A stretch of 64,000 nt of DNA from contig NC_087073.1 in assembly GCF_026151205.1 (NCBI RefSeq), forward strand, positions 10,138,636 to 10,202,635, written 5' to 3'. Shown here in pieces: positions 19,401-34,400 of the stretch. The position numbers and the translations under genes are program-made. The notes under the pieces are model-generated. The model was not told the origin of the DNA. It worked only from the letters and a program-made list of their open reading frames with translations, and did no database searches. This DNA is from Bolinopsis microptera. Taxonomy: Eukaryota. Within the stretch, counting starts at the first letter, position 1; every line of letters starts with the position of its first letter.

Positions 19401-22400
19401 TCAGAGGAAGCCCACAGCAGAAAGATTAACAAAACGAAAAGTTGTATTTTCAAAATGCTGTCCCATATTCAAATAGGAAATTTTCTAAACACAAATTTGA
19501 CAGATTGGATGAAATTTTTGCCCAGAAACCAATTAGTCAGTCAATCAATGATGATATGAAACTAAATTGAAGTACTGGGAGTCAAAATCCCGAATAAAAT
19601 TGCAAAATCATATTGTCCCAATCTCTGTCCCATTTTCAGTTTTTGAAGATGAAATTTCCAGGACCCCAATTTTACAGTTGTGACTGATTTTTTCATCCGC
19701 AACCAATTAGTAAGTCAACTATAGATGCCAAATGACACGATTGAGGTGCTGGAAGTTAGATTTTGGTCAGAGGAAGCCCACAGCAGAAAGATTAACAAAA
19801 CGAAAAGTTGTATTTTCAAAATGCTGTCCCATTTTCAAATAGGAAATTTTCTAAACACAAATTTGACAGATTGGATGAAATTTTTGCCCAGAAACCAATT
19901 AGTCAGTTAATCGATGATGGTATGAAACCAAATTGAAGTACTGGGAGTTAAAATCCCAAATAAAATTACAAAATCATATTGTCCCAATCTCTGTCCCATT
20001 TTCAGTTTTTGAAGATGAAATTTCCAGGACCCCAATTTTACAGTTGTGACTGATTTTTTCATCCGCAACCTATTAGTAAGTCAACTATAGATGCCAAATG
20101 ACACGATTGAGGTGCTGGAAGTTTGATTTCGGTCAGAGGAAGCCCACAGCAGAAAGATTAACAAAACGAAAAGTTGTATTTTCAAATGCTGTCCCATTTT
20201 CAAATAGGAAATTTCTAAACAAAAATTTGACAGATTGGTTAAAATTTTTACCCAGAAACCAATAAGTCAGTTAATCGATGATGGTATGAAACCAAATTGA
20301 AGTACTGGTAGTCAAAATCCCGAATAAAATTGCAAAATCATATTGTCCCAATCTCTGTCCCATTTTCAGTTTTTGAAGATGAAATTTCCAGGACCCAAAT
20401 TTTACAGTTGTGACTGATTTTTTCATCCGCAACCAATTAGTAAGTCAACTATAGATGCCAAATGACACGATTGAGGTGCTGGAAGTTTGATTTCGGTCAG
20501 AGGAAGCCCACAGCAGAAAGATTAACAAAACGAAAAGTTGTATTTTCAAAATGCTGTCCCATTTTCAAATAGGAAATTTTCTAAACACAAATTTGACAGA
20601 TTGGATGAAATTTTTGCCCAGAAACCAATTAGTCAGTTAATCGATGATGGTATGAAACTAAATTGAAGTACTGGGAGTCAAAATCCTGAATAAAATTGCA
20701 AAATCATATTGTCCCAATCTCTGTCCCATTTTCAGTTTTTGAAGATGAAATTTCCAGGACCCCAATTTTACAGTTGTGACTGATTTTTTCATCCGCAACC
20801 AATTAGTAAGTCAATTATAGATGCCAAATGACACGATTGAGGTGCTGGAAGTTAGATTTCGGTCAGAGGAAGCCCACAGCAGAAAGATTAACAAAACGAA
20901 AAGTTGTATTTTCAAAATGCTGTCCCATTTTCAAATAGGAAATTTTCTAAACACAAATTTGACAGATTGATTAAAATTTTTGCCCTGAAACCAATTAGTC
21001 AGTTAATCGATGATGGTATGAAACCAAATTGAAGTACTGGTAGTCAAAATTCCGATAAAATTGCAAAATCATATTGTCCCAATCTCTGTCCCCATTTTCA
21101 GTTTTTGAAGATGAAATTTCCAGGACCCAAAATTTACAGTTGTGACTGATTTTTTCATCTGCAACCAATTAGTAAGTCAACTCTAGATGCCAAATGACAC
21201 GATTGAGGTGCTGGAAGTTTGATTTCGGTCAGAGGAAGCCCACAGCAGAAAGATTAACAAAACGAAAAGTTGTATTTTCAAAATGCTGTCCCATTTTCAA
21301 ATAGGAAATTTTCTAAACACAATTTGACAGATTGGATGAAATTTTTGCCCAGAAACCAATTAGTCAGTTAATCGATGATGGTATGAAACCAAATTGAAGT
21401 AATGGCAGTCAAAATCCCGAATAAAATTGCAAAATCATATTGACCCAATCTCTGTCCCATTTTCAGTTTTTGAAGATGAAATTTCCAGGACCCAAATTTT
21501 ACAGTTGTGACTGATTTTTTCATCTGCAACCAATTAGTAAGTCAACTCTAGATGCCAAATGACACGATTGAGGTGCTGGAAGTTAGATTTCGGTCAGAGG
21601 AAGCCCACAGCAGAAAGATTAACAAAACGAAAAGTTGTATTTTCAAAATGCTGTCCCATTTTCAAATAGGAAATTTTCTAAACACAAATTTGACAGATTG
21701 GATGAAATTTTTGCCCAGAAACCAATTAGTCAGTTAATCGATGATGGTATGAAACCAAATTGAAGTACTGGCAGTCAAAATCCCGAATAAAATTGCAAAA
21801 TCATATTGACCCAATCTCTGTCCCATTTTCAGTTTTTGAAGATGAAATTTCCAGGACCCCAATTTTACAGTTGTGACTGATTTTTTCATCCGCAACCTAT
21901 TAGTAAGTCAACTATAGATGCCAAATGACACGATTGAGGTGCTGGAAGTTTGATTTCGGTCAGAGGAAGCCCACAGCAGAAAGATTAACAAAACGAAAAG
22001 TTGTATTTTCAAAATGCTGTCCCATTTTCAAATAGGAAATTTTCTAAACACAAATTTGACAGATTGGTTAAAATTTTTACCCAGAAACCAATAAGTCAGT
22101 TAATCGATGATGGTATGAAACCAAATTGAAGTACTGGTAGTCAAAATCCCGAATAAATTGCAAAATCATATTGTCCCAATCTCTGTCCCATTTTCAGTTT
22201 TTGAAGATGAAATTTCCAGGACCCAAATTTTAAAGTTGTGACTGATTTTTTCATCCGCAACCAATTAGTAAGTCAACTATAGATGCCAAATGACACGATT
22301 GAGGTGCTGGAAGTTTGATTTCGGTCAGAAGAAGCCCACAGCAGAAAGATTAACAAAACGAAAAGTTGTATTTTCAAAATGCTGTCCCATTTTCAAATAT

Positions 22401-25400
22401 GAAATTTTCTAAACACAAATTTGACAGATTGGATGAAATTTTTGCCCAGAAACCAATTAGTCAGTTAATCGATGATGGTATGAAACCAAATTGAAGTACT
22501 GGCAGTCAAAATCCCGAATAAAATTGCAAAATCATATTGACCCAATCTCTGTCCCATTTTCAGTTTTTGAAGATGAAATTTCCAGGACCCAAATTTTACA
22601 GTTGTGACTGATTTTTTCATCCGCAACCAATTAGTAAGTCAACTATAGATGCCAAATGACACGATTGAGGTGCTGGAAGTTTGATTTCGGTCAGAGGAAG
22701 CCCACAGCAGAAAGATTAACAAAACGAAAAGTTGTATTTTCAAAATGCTGTCCCATTTTCAAATAGGATATTTTCTAAACACAAATTTGACAGATTGGAT
22801 GAAATTTTTGCCCAGAAACCAATTAGTCAGTTAACCGATTATGGTATGAAACCAAATTGAAGTACTGGGAGTCAAAATCCCGAATAAAATTGCAAAATCA
22901 TATTGACCCAATCTCTGTCCCATTTTCAGTTTTTGAAGATGAAATTTCCAGGACCCAAATTTACAGTTGTGACTGATTTTTTTCATCTGCAACCAATTAG
23001 TAAGTCAACTCTAGATGCCAAATGACACGATTGAGGTGCTGGAAGTTAGATTTCGGTCAGAGGAACTCAGGAAGCCCACAGCAGAAAGATTAACAAAACG
23101 AAAAGTTGTATTTTCAAAATGCTGTCCCATTTTCAAATAGGAAATTTTCTAAACACAAATTTGACAGATTGGATGAAATTTTTGCCCAGAAACCAATTAG
23201 TCAGTAATCGATGATGGTATGAAACCAAATTGAAGTACTGGCAGTCAAAATCCCGAATAAAATTGCAAAATCATATTGACCCAATCTCTGTCCCATTTCA
23301 GTTTTTGAAGATGAAATTTCCAGGACCCAAATTTTACAGTTTGTGACTGATTTTTTCATCTGCAACCAATTAGTAAGTCAACTATAGATGCCAAATGACA
23401 CGATTGAGGTTTTGGAAGTTTGATTTCGGTCAGAGGAAGCCCACAGCAGAAAGATTAACAAAACGAAAAGTTGTATTTTCAAAATGCTGTCCCATTTTCA
23501 AATAGGATATTTTCTAAACACAAATTTGACAGATTGGATGAAATTTTTGCCAGAAAACCAATTAGTCAGTTACCGATTATGGTATGAAACCAAATTGAAG
23601 TACTGGAGTCAAAATCCCGAATAAAATTGCAAAATCATATTGACCCAATCTCTGTCCCATTTTCAGTTTTTGAAGATGAAATTTCCAGGACCCAAATTTT
23701 ACAGTTGTGACTTATTTTTTTCATCCGCAACCAATTAGTAAGTTCAACTTATAGATGCCAAATGACACGATGAGGTGCTGGAAGTTTGATTTCGGTCAGA
23801 GGAAGCCCACAGCAGAAAGATTAACAAAACGAAAATTTGTATTTTCAAAATGGATGTCCCATTTTCAAATATGAAATTTTCTAAAACACAATTTGACAGA
23901 TTGGATGAAATTTTTGCCCAAAACCAATAGTCAGTTTAAACCGATTTGGTATGAAACCAAATTGAAGTACTGGGGAGTCAAAATCCCGAATAAAATTGCA
24001 AAATCATATTGACCCCAATCTCTGTCCCATTTTCAGTTTTTGAAGATGAAATTTCCAGGACCCAAATTTTAACAGTTTGTGACTTATTTTTTCATCCGCA
24101 ACCAATTAGTAAGTCAACTATAGATGCCAAATGACACGATTGAGGTGCTTGGAAGTTTGATTTCGGTCAGAAGAAGCCCACAGCAGAAAGATTAACAAAA
24201 CGGAACAAGTTGTATTTTCAAAATGCTGTCCCATTTTCAAATATGAAATTTTCTAAACACAAATTTGACAGATTGGAGAAATTTGCCCAGAAACCAATTA
24301 GTCAGTTATCGATGATGGTATGAAACCAAATTGAAGTACTGCAGTCAAAATCCCGAATAAAATTGCAAAATCATATTGACGCCAATCTCTGTCCCATTTC
24401 AGTTTTGAAGATGAAATTTTCCAGGACCCAAATTTTACAGTGTGACTGATTTTTTCATCCGCAACCAATTAGTAAGTCAACTATAGATAACAAATGACAC
24501 GATTGAGGTGCTGGAAGTTAGATTTCGGTCAGAGGAAGCCCACAGCAGAAAGATTAACAAAACGAAAAGTTGTATTTTCAAATGCTGTCCCATTTTTCAA
24601 ATATGAAATTTCTAAACACAAATTTGACAGATTGGGATGAAATTTTGCCCAGAAACCAATTTAGTCAGTTAATCGATGATGGTATGAAACCAAATTGAAG
24701 TACTGGCAGTCAAAATCCCCGAATAAAATTGCAAAATCATATTGACCCAATTTTTTTTCCCATTTTTTTTTTTTGAAGAAAAATTTTCCCCGGGAAACCC
24801 AAAATTTTTTTAACATTTTTGGACTTTTTTTCATCCGAAACCCAATTAAAAAGTCAACTAAAATTTGAAAAAGACACATTGAGGTGCTGGAAGTTAGTTT
24901 TGGGTAAAGGGGAACTCGGGAAACCCCCCACAGAAAGAAAGATTAAAAAAACGAAAATTTGTATTTAAAAAATTCTGTCCCATTTCCCAAATAGAAATTT
25001 TTTCAAACACAAATTTTTGACAGATTGGAAAAAAATTTTTTGCCCAGAAACCCCAATTTAGTCATTAATCGTTGAGGAAATGAAACCAAATTAAAAGTAT
25101 TTGGCAGTCAAAATCCCGAAAAAAATTTCAAAAACATTTTGACCCAATCTTTTTCCCCCCTTTTTCCCTTATTTGAAAATTAAAATTTTTCCACCCCCCA
25201 AATTTTTTTCCATTTGTGACGATTTTTTAAATCTGCAACCAATTAGAAAGCCCAACCAAAGATCCCAAAATGACACATTTGGGGTGCGGGGAATTTTAAG
25301 ATTTGGGTCAAGGAAGCCCACAGCAGAAAAAATTAAAAAAACCCAAAAATTTTGTTTTAATTAAAAATTCGTCCCTTTTTCAAAAAGGAAATTTCTAAAC

Positions 25401-28400
25401 AAAAAATTTTGACAATTGGTTTGAAAATTTTGCCCAAAAACCATTAGTCTTTTTAAAATCGGATGGTAAAAAACCCAAAATTTGAAGAAACTGGCATTTC
25501 AAAATCCCAAAAAAATTTTGCAAAAAAAATTGACCCAATCCTGCCCCCATTTTCAGTTTTTGAAAAAGGGAAAATTTCCGGGCCCCCAAAATTTTTACAG
25601 TTTTGACTGATTTTTTTCATCTGAAAACCAAATTTAGTAAGTAAACCTAAGATCCCAAATACACGATTGGGGTTTTTGGAATTTTTGTTTTCGGTCAGAG
25701 GAACCCCCCAGCAAAAGATTAACAAAACGAAAAGTTGTTATTTTAAAAAACTGCCCCCTTTTTAAAAAAATAAAATTTTTCTAAACAAAAAATTTGACAA
25801 ATTGGGAAATAAAAATTTTTCCCCGGGAAACCAATTAGCTTTTTTAATCGATGATGGAAGGAAACCAAATTTAAGTAAGGAAATTCAAAACCCCCAATAA
25901 AATGAAAAATAAAATTTTAAAACCCAATCTCTGTCCCATTTTCAGTTTTTGAAGATGAAATTCCAGGACCCAAATTTTACAGTTGTGACTGATTTTTTCA
26001 TCCGCAACCAATTAGTAAGTCAACTCTAGATGCCAAATGATACGATTGAGGTGCTGGAAGTTAGATTTCGGTCAGAGGAACTCAGAGAAGCCCACAGCAG
26101 AAAGATAACAAAACGAAAAGTTGTATTTCAAAATGCTGTCCCATTTTCAAATAGGAAATTTTCTAAACACAAATTTGACAGATTGGATGAAATTTTGCCC
26201 AGAAACCAATTAGTCAGTTAATCGATGATGGTATGAAACCAATTGAAGTACTGGCAGTCAAAATCCCGAATAAAATTGCAAAATCATATTGACCCAATCT
26301 CTGTCCCATTTTCAGTTTTTGAAGAGAAATTTCCAGGACCCAAATTTTACAGTTTGACTGATTTTTTCATCTGCAACCAATTAGTAAGTCAACTATAGAT
26401 GCCAAATGACACGATTGAGGTTTTGAAGTTTGAATTTCGGTCAGAGGAAGCCCACAGCAGAAAGATTAACAAAACGAAAAGTTGTATTTTCAAAATGCTG
26501 TCCCATTTTCAAATAGGATATTTTCTAACACAAATATGACAGATTGGATGAAATTTTGCCCAGAAACCAATAGTCAGTTAACGATGATGGTATGAAACCA
26601 AATTGAAGTACTGGCAGTCAAAATCCCGAATAAAATTGCAAAATCATATTGACCCAATCTCTGTCCCATTTTCAGTTTTTGAAGATGAAATTTCCAGGAC
26701 CCAAATTTTACATTGTGACTGATTTATTCATCCGCAAAACCAATTAGTAAGTCAACTCTAGATGCCAAATGACACGATTGAGGTGCTGGAAGTTAGATTT
26801 CGGTCAGAGGAAGCCCACAGCAGAAAGATTAACAAAACAAAAGTTGTATTTTCAAAATGCTGTCCCATTTCAAATATGAAATTTTTCTAAACACAAATTT
26901 GACAGATTGGATGAAATTTTTGCCCAGAAACCATTAGTCAGTTAATCGATGATGGTATGAAACCAATTTGAAGTACTGGCAGTCAAAATCCCGAAAAAAA
27001 TTGCAAAATCATATTGACCCAATCTCTGTCCCATTTTCAGTTTTGAAGATGAAATTCCAGGACCCAAATTTTACAGTTGTGACTGATTTTTTCATCCGCA
27101 ACCAATTAGTAAGTCAACATCTAGATGCCAAATGACACGATTGAGGTGCTGGAAGTTAGATTTCGGTCAGAGGAAGCCCACAGCAGAAAGATTAACAAAA
27201 CGAAAAGTTGTATTTTTCAAAATGCTGTCCCATTTTCAAATAGGAAATTTTCTAAACACAAAATTGACAGATTGGATGAAATTTTTGTCCAGAAACCAAT
27301 TAGTCCAGTTAATCGATGATGGTATGAAACCAATTTGAAGTACTGGCAGTCAAAATCCCGAATAAAATTGCAAAATCATATTGACCCAATCTCTGTCCCA
27401 TTTTCATTTTTTGAAGATGAAATTTCCAGGACCCAAATTTTACAGTTTGACTGTTTTTTTTTCATCTGCAACCAATTATTAAGTCAACTATAGATGCCAA
27501 ATGACACGATTGAGGGTTTTGGAAGTTAGATTTCAGTCAGAGGAAGCCCACAGCCGAAAGATTAACAAACGAAAAGTTGTATTTTCAAAATGCTGTCCCC
27601 ATTTTCAAATAGGATATTTTCTAAACACAAATTTGACAGATGGATAAATTTTTTGCCCAGAAACCAATAGTCAGTTAATCGATGATGGTATGAAACAAAT
27701 TAGAAAGTACTGGGAGTTAAAATCCCGAATAAATTGCAAAATCATATTGTCCCAATCTCTGTCCCATATTCAGATTTTTGAAGATGAAATTTCCAGGACC
27801 CAAATTTTACAGTTGTGACTGATTTTTTCATCCGCAACCAAATAGTTAGTCAACTATACATGCCAAATGATACGATTGAGGTGCTGGAAGTTTGATTTCG
27901 GTCAGAGGAAGCCCACAGCAAAAAGATTAACAAAACGAAAAGTTGTATTTTCAAAATGCTGTATTTTCAAATAGGAAATTTTCTAAACACAAATTTGACA
28001 GACTGGATGAAATTTTTGCCCAGAAACCAATTAGTCAGTAATCGATGATGGTATGAAACCAAATTGAAGTACTGGGAGTCAAAATCCCGAATAAAATTGC
28101 AAAATCATATTGTTCTAATCTCTGTCCCATTTTCAGTTTTTGAAGATGAAATTTGCAGGACCCCAATTTTACAGTTGTGACTGATTTTTTCATCCGCAAC
28201 CAATTAGTAAGTCAACTATAGATGCCAAATGACACGATTGAGGTGCTGGAAGTTTTGATTTCGGTCAGAGGAAGCCCACAGCAGAAAGCTTAACAAACGA
28301 AAAAGTTGTATTTCAAAATGCTGTCCCATTTTCAAATATGAAATTTTCTTAACACAATTTGACAGATTGGATGAAATTTTTGCCCAGAAACCATTTAGTC

Positions 28401-31400
28401 AGTAATCGATGATGGTTTGAAACCAATTTGAAGTACTGGGAGTCAAAATCCCGAATAAATTGCAAAATCATATTGTTCTAATCTCTGTCCCATTTTCAGT
28501 TTTTGAAGATGAAATTTGCAGGACCCCAATTTTACAGTGTGACTGATTTTTTCATCCGCAACCAATTAGTAAGTCAACTATAGATGCCAAATGACACGAT
28601 TGAGGAGCTGGAAGTTTGATTTCGGTCAGAGGAAGCCCACAGCAGAAAGCTTAACAAAACGAAAAGTAGTATTATCAAAATGCTGTCCCATTTTCAAATA
28701 TGAAATTTTCTAACACTAATTTGACAGATTGGAAGAAATTTTTGCCCAGAAACCAATCAGTCAGTTAATCGATGATGGTATGAAACCAAATTGAAGTACT
28801 GGGAGTCAAAATCCCGAATAAAATTGCAAATCATATTGTCCCAATCTCTGTCCCATTTTCAGTTTTTGAAGATGAAATTTCCAGGACCCAAATTTTACAG
28901 TTGTGACTGATTTTTTCATCCGTAACCAATTAGTAAGTCAACTATAGATGCCAAATAATACGATTGAGGTGCTGGAAGTTTGATTTCGGTCAGAGGAAGC
29001 CCACAGCAGAAGCTTAACAAAACGAAAAGTTGTATTTTCAAAATGCTGTCCCATTTCAAATATGAAATTTTCTAAACACAAATTTGACAGATTGGATGAT
29101 ATTTTTGCCCAGAAACCAATTAGTCAGTTAATCGATGATGGTAGAAACCAAATTGAAGTACTGGGAGTCAAAATCATGAAAAAAATTGCAAAATTCATAT
29201 TGTCCCATCTCTGTCCCTTTTCAGTTTTTGAAGATGAAATTACCAGGACCCAAATTTTACAGTTGTGACTGATTTTTTCATCCGCAGCCAATTATTAAGT
29301 CAACTATAGATGCCAAATAATACGATTGAGGTGCTGGAAGTTTGATTTCGGTCAGAGGAAGCCCACAGCAGAAAGTTTTAACAAAACCAAAAGTTGTATT
29401 TATCAAAATGCTCTCGTCCATTTCAAATATGAAATTTCTTAACTCAAATTTGACAGATTGGTTAAAATTTTTGCTAGAAACCAATTAGTCAGTTAATTGA
29501 TGATGGTATGAAACCAAATTGAAGTACTGGGAGTCAAAATCATGAATAAAATTGCAAAATCATATTGACCCAATCTCATGTCCCATTTTCAGATTTTGAA
29601 GATGAAATTTCCAGGACCCAAATTTTACAGTTGTGACTGATTTTTTCATCCGCAACCAATTAGTAAGATCAACTATAGATAAGATGCCAAATGACACGAT
29701 TGAGGTGCTGGAAGTTTGATTTCGGTCAGAGGAAGCCCACAGCAGAAAGCTTAACAAAACGAAAAGTTGTATTTTCAAATGTCTGTCCCATTTTCAAATA
29801 TGAAAGTTTTCTTAACACAAATTTGACAGATTGGATGAAATTTTTGCCCAGAAACCAATTAGACAGTAATCGATGATGGTATGAAACCAAATTGAAGTAC
29901 AGGGAGTCAAAATCCCGAATAAAATTGCAAAATCATATGTTCTATCTCTGTCCCATTTCAGTTTTTGAAGATGAAATTTCCAGGACCCAAATTTTAGTTG
30001 TGACTGATTTTTCATCCGCAGCCAATTAGTAATTCAACTATAGATGCCAAATGACACGATTGAGGTGCTGGAAGTTTGATTTCGGTCAGAGGAAGCCCAC
30101 AGCAGAAAGCTTAACAAAACGAAAAGTTGTATTTTCAAAATGCTGTCCAATTTCAAATAGGAAATTTTCTAAACACAAATTTGACAGATTGGATGAAATT
30201 TTGCCCAGAAACCAATTAGTCAGTTAATCGATGATGGTATGAAACCAAATTGAAGTACTGGGAGTCAAAATCTCGAATAAAATTGCAAAATCATATCCAT
30301 ATTGTTCTAATCTCTGTCCCATTTTCAGTTTTTGAAGATGAAATTTCCAGGACCCCAATTTTACAGATGAGACTGATTTTTTCATCCGCAACCAATTAGT
30401 AATGTAGTAATTGACGGATGTTACTCGTCTAAATTTCTTCGAAGTAGCGCGCGCCGGGCCAGATCATTAACAATGGTCAAATGTAGTAAGTCAACTATAG
30501 ATGCCAAATGACACGATTGAGGTGCTGGAAGCTTGATTTCGGTCAGAGGAAGCCCACAGCAGAAAGCTTAACAAAACGAAAAGTTGTATTTTCTTGTATC
30601 ACGTGGTGACCCCCACGGTCGCTTCACTGTAGGCGCTTCGACGCTACAGGGGGAGCCGCGCACTCGTGCGCGGCGGGTCATACAACGTAATGACAATGGA
30701 CAAGTATTTTCAAAATGCTGTCCCATTTTCAAATATGACATTTTCTAAACACAAATTTGACAGATTGGATGATATTTTTGCCCAGAAACCAATTAGTCCA
30801 GTAATCGATGATGGTATGAAACCAAATTGAAGTACTGGAGTCCAAAATCATGAATAAAATTGCAAAATCATATTGACCAATTTCTGTCCCATTTTCAGAT
30901 TTGAAGATGAAATTTCCAGGACCCAAATTTTACAGTTGTGACTGATTATTTCATCCGCAATCAATTAGTAAGTCAACTATAGATAAGATGCCAAATGACA
31001 CGATGAGGTGCTGGAAGTTTGATTTCGGTCAGAGAAGCCCACAGCAAAAAGATTAACAAAACGAAAAGTTGTATTTTCAAAATGCTGTCCCATTTTCAAA
31101 TAGGAAATTTCTAGACACAAATTTGACAGATTGGATGAAATTTTTGCCCAGAAACCAATTAGGTCAGTTAATCGAAACCAAATTGAAGTACAGGGAGTCA
31201 AAATCCCAAATAAAATTGCAAAATCATATTCATATTGTTCTAATGTAATCTCTGTCCCATTTCAGTTTTTGAAGATAAATTTCCAGGACCCAATTTTACA
31301 GATGAGACTGATTTTTCATCCGCAACCAATTAGTAAGTCAACTATATATGCCAAATGATACGATCGAGGTGCTGGAAGTTTGATTTCGGTCAGAGGAAGC

Positions 31401-34400
31401 CCACCAGCAGAAAGATTAACAAAACGAAAAGTTGTATTTTCAAAATGCTGTCCCATTTTCAAATATGAAATTTTCTTAACACCAATTTGACAGATTGGAT
31501 GAAATTTTTGTCCAAAACCAATTAGTCAGTTAATCGATGATGGTATGAACCAAATTGAAGTACCTGGCAGTCAAAATCCCGAATAAAATTGCAAAATCAT
31601 ATTGACCCAATCTCTGTCCCATTTTCAGTTTTGAAGATGAAATTTCCAGGACCCCAATTTTACAGATGAACTGATTTTTTCATCCACACCAATTAGTAAG
31701 TCAACTAAAGATGCCAAATGACACGATTGAGGTGCTGGAAGCTTGATTTCGGTCAGAGGAAGCCCACAGCAGAAAGCTTAACAAACGAAAAGTGTATTTT
31801 CTTGTATCACGTGGTGACCCCCACGGTCGCTTCACTGTAGCGTCCTTCGACGCTACAGGGGGGGCCCGCCACTTCGTGCGCGGCGGTCATACAACGTATG
31901 ACAATGGACAAGTATTTTCAAAATGCTGTCCCATATTCAAATAGAAATTTTCTAAACACAAATTGACAGATTGGATGATATTTTTGCCCAGAAACCATTA
32001 GTCAGTTAATCGATGATGGTATGAAACCAAATTGAAGTACTGGTAGTCAAAATCATGAATAAAAATTGCAAAATCATATTGACCCAATCTCTGTCCCATT
32101 TCAGATTTTGAAGATGAAATTTCCAGACCCAAATTTTTACAGTTGTGACTGATTTTTTCATCCGCAATCAATTAGTAAGTCAACTATAGATAAGATGCCA
32201 AATGACACGATTGAGGTGCTGGAAGTATGATTTCGGTCAGAGGAAGCCCACAGCAAAAAAGATTACCAAAACGAAAAGTTGATTTTCAAAATGCTGTCCC
32301 ATTTTCAAATAGGAATTATCTAACACAAATTTGACAGATTGGATGAAATTTTTGCCCAGAAACCATTAGTCAGTTAATCGAAAACCAAATTGAAGTACTG
32401 GGAATCAAAATCCCAAATAAAATTGCAAAATCATATTCATATTGTTCTATGTAATCTCTGTCCCATTTTCAGTTTTTGAAGATGAAATTTACAGGACCCA
32501 AATTTTACAGATGAGACTGATTTTTTCATCCGCAACCAATTAGTAAGTCAACTATCGATGCCAAATGATACGATCGAGTGCTGGAAGTTTGATTCGGTCA
32601 GAGGAAGCCCACAAGCAGAAAGCATAACAAAACGAAAAGTTGTATTTTCAAAATGCTGTCCCATTTTCAAATATGAAATTTTCTTAACACAAATTTGACA
32701 GATTGGATGAAATTTTTGCCCAGAAACCAAATTAAGTCAGTAATCGCTGATGGTATGAAACCAAATTGAAGTACTGGCAGTCAAAATCCCGAATAAAATT
32801 GCAAAATCATATTGACCCAATCTCTGTCCCATTTCAGTTTTTGAAGATGAAATTTCCAGGACCCCAATTTTACAGATGAGACTGATTTTTTCATCCACAA
32901 CCAATTAGTAAGTCAACTATAGATGCCAATGACACGATTGAGGTGCTGGAAGCTTGATTTCGGTCAGAGGGAAGCCCACAGCAGAAAGCTTAACAAAACG
33001 AAAAGTTGTATTTTCAAAATGCTGTCCCATTTTCAAATATGAAAGTTTCTTAACACAAATTTGACAGATTGGATGAAATTTTTGTCCAGAAACCAATTAG
33101 TCAGTTAATCGATGATGGTATGAAACCAAATTGAAGTACTGGCAGTCAAAATCCCGAATAAAATTGCAAATCATATTGACCCAATCTCTGTCCCATTTTC
33201 AGTTTTTGAAGATGAAATTTCCAGGACCCCAATTTTACAGATGAGACTGATTTTTTCATCCACAACCATTAGTAAGTCAACTATAGATGCCAAATGACAC
33301 GATTGAGGTGCTGGAAGCTTGATTTCGGTCAGAGGAAGCCCACAGCAGAAAGCTTAACAAAACGAAAAGTTGTATTTTCTTGTATCACGTGGTGACCCCC
33401 ACGGTCGCTTCACTGTAGCGTCTTCGACGCTACAGGGGGGGGCCGCGCACTTCGTGCGCGGCGGGTCATACAACGTATGACAATGGACAAGTATTTTCAA
33501 AATGCTGTCCCATTTTCAAATATGAAATTTTCTAAACACAAATTTGACAGATTGGATGATATTTTTGCCCGGAAACCAATTAGTCAGTTAATCGATGATG
33601 TATGAAACCAAATTGAAGTACTGGGAGTCAAAATCATGAATAAAATTGCAAATCATATTGACCCAATCTCTGTCCCATTTTCAGATTTTGAAGATGAAAT
33701 TTCCAGGACCCAAATTTTACAGTTGTGACTGATTTTTTCATCCGCAATCAATTAGTAAGTCAACTATAGATAAGATGCCAAATGACACGATTGAGGTGCT
33801 GGAAGTTTGATTTCGGTCAGAGGAAGCCCACAGCAAAAAGATTAACAAAACGAAAAGTTGTATTTTCAAAATGCTGTCCCATTTTCAAATAGGAAATTTC
33901 TAAACACAAATTTGACAAATTGGATGAAATTTTTGCCCAGAAACAATTAGTCAGTTAATCGAAACCAAATTGAAGTACTGGAGTCAAAATCCCAAATAAA
34001 ATTGCAAAATCATATTCATATTGTTCTAATGTAATCTCTGTCCATTTTCAGTTTTTGAAGATGAAATTTCCAGGACCCAAATTTTACAGATGAGACTGAT
34101 TTTTTTCATCCGCAACCAATTAGTAAGTCAACTATAGATGCCAAATGATACGATCGAGGTGCTGGAAGTTTGATTTCGGTCAGAGGAAGCCCACAGCAGA
34201 AAGCTTAACAAAACGAAAAGTTGTATTTTCAAAATGCTGTCCCATTTTCAAATATGAAATTTTCTTAACACAAATTTGACAGATTGGATGAAATTTTTGC
34301 CCAGAAACCAATTAGTCAGTTAATCGATGATGGTATGAAACCAAATTGAAGTACTGGCAGTCAAAATCCCGAATAAAATTGCAAAATCATATTGACCCAA

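Noticed and set aside
17528-21737. Identical 61-aa ORFs recurring every ~1.1 kb (17528, 18626, 19725, 21552 and others) in the satellite
   Set aside because: Their recurrence simply reflects HOR identity. The ORF is lost through frameshifts in the diverged monomers. It has no recognisable domain and no splice or promoter context. Considered non-coding satellite.
24661-25725. Cluster of small ORFs on both strands in the degenerate satellite zone
   Set aside because: The sequence here appears error-inflated, with homopolymer expansion. The ORFs are Lys/Phe-rich low-complexity and lack any support.
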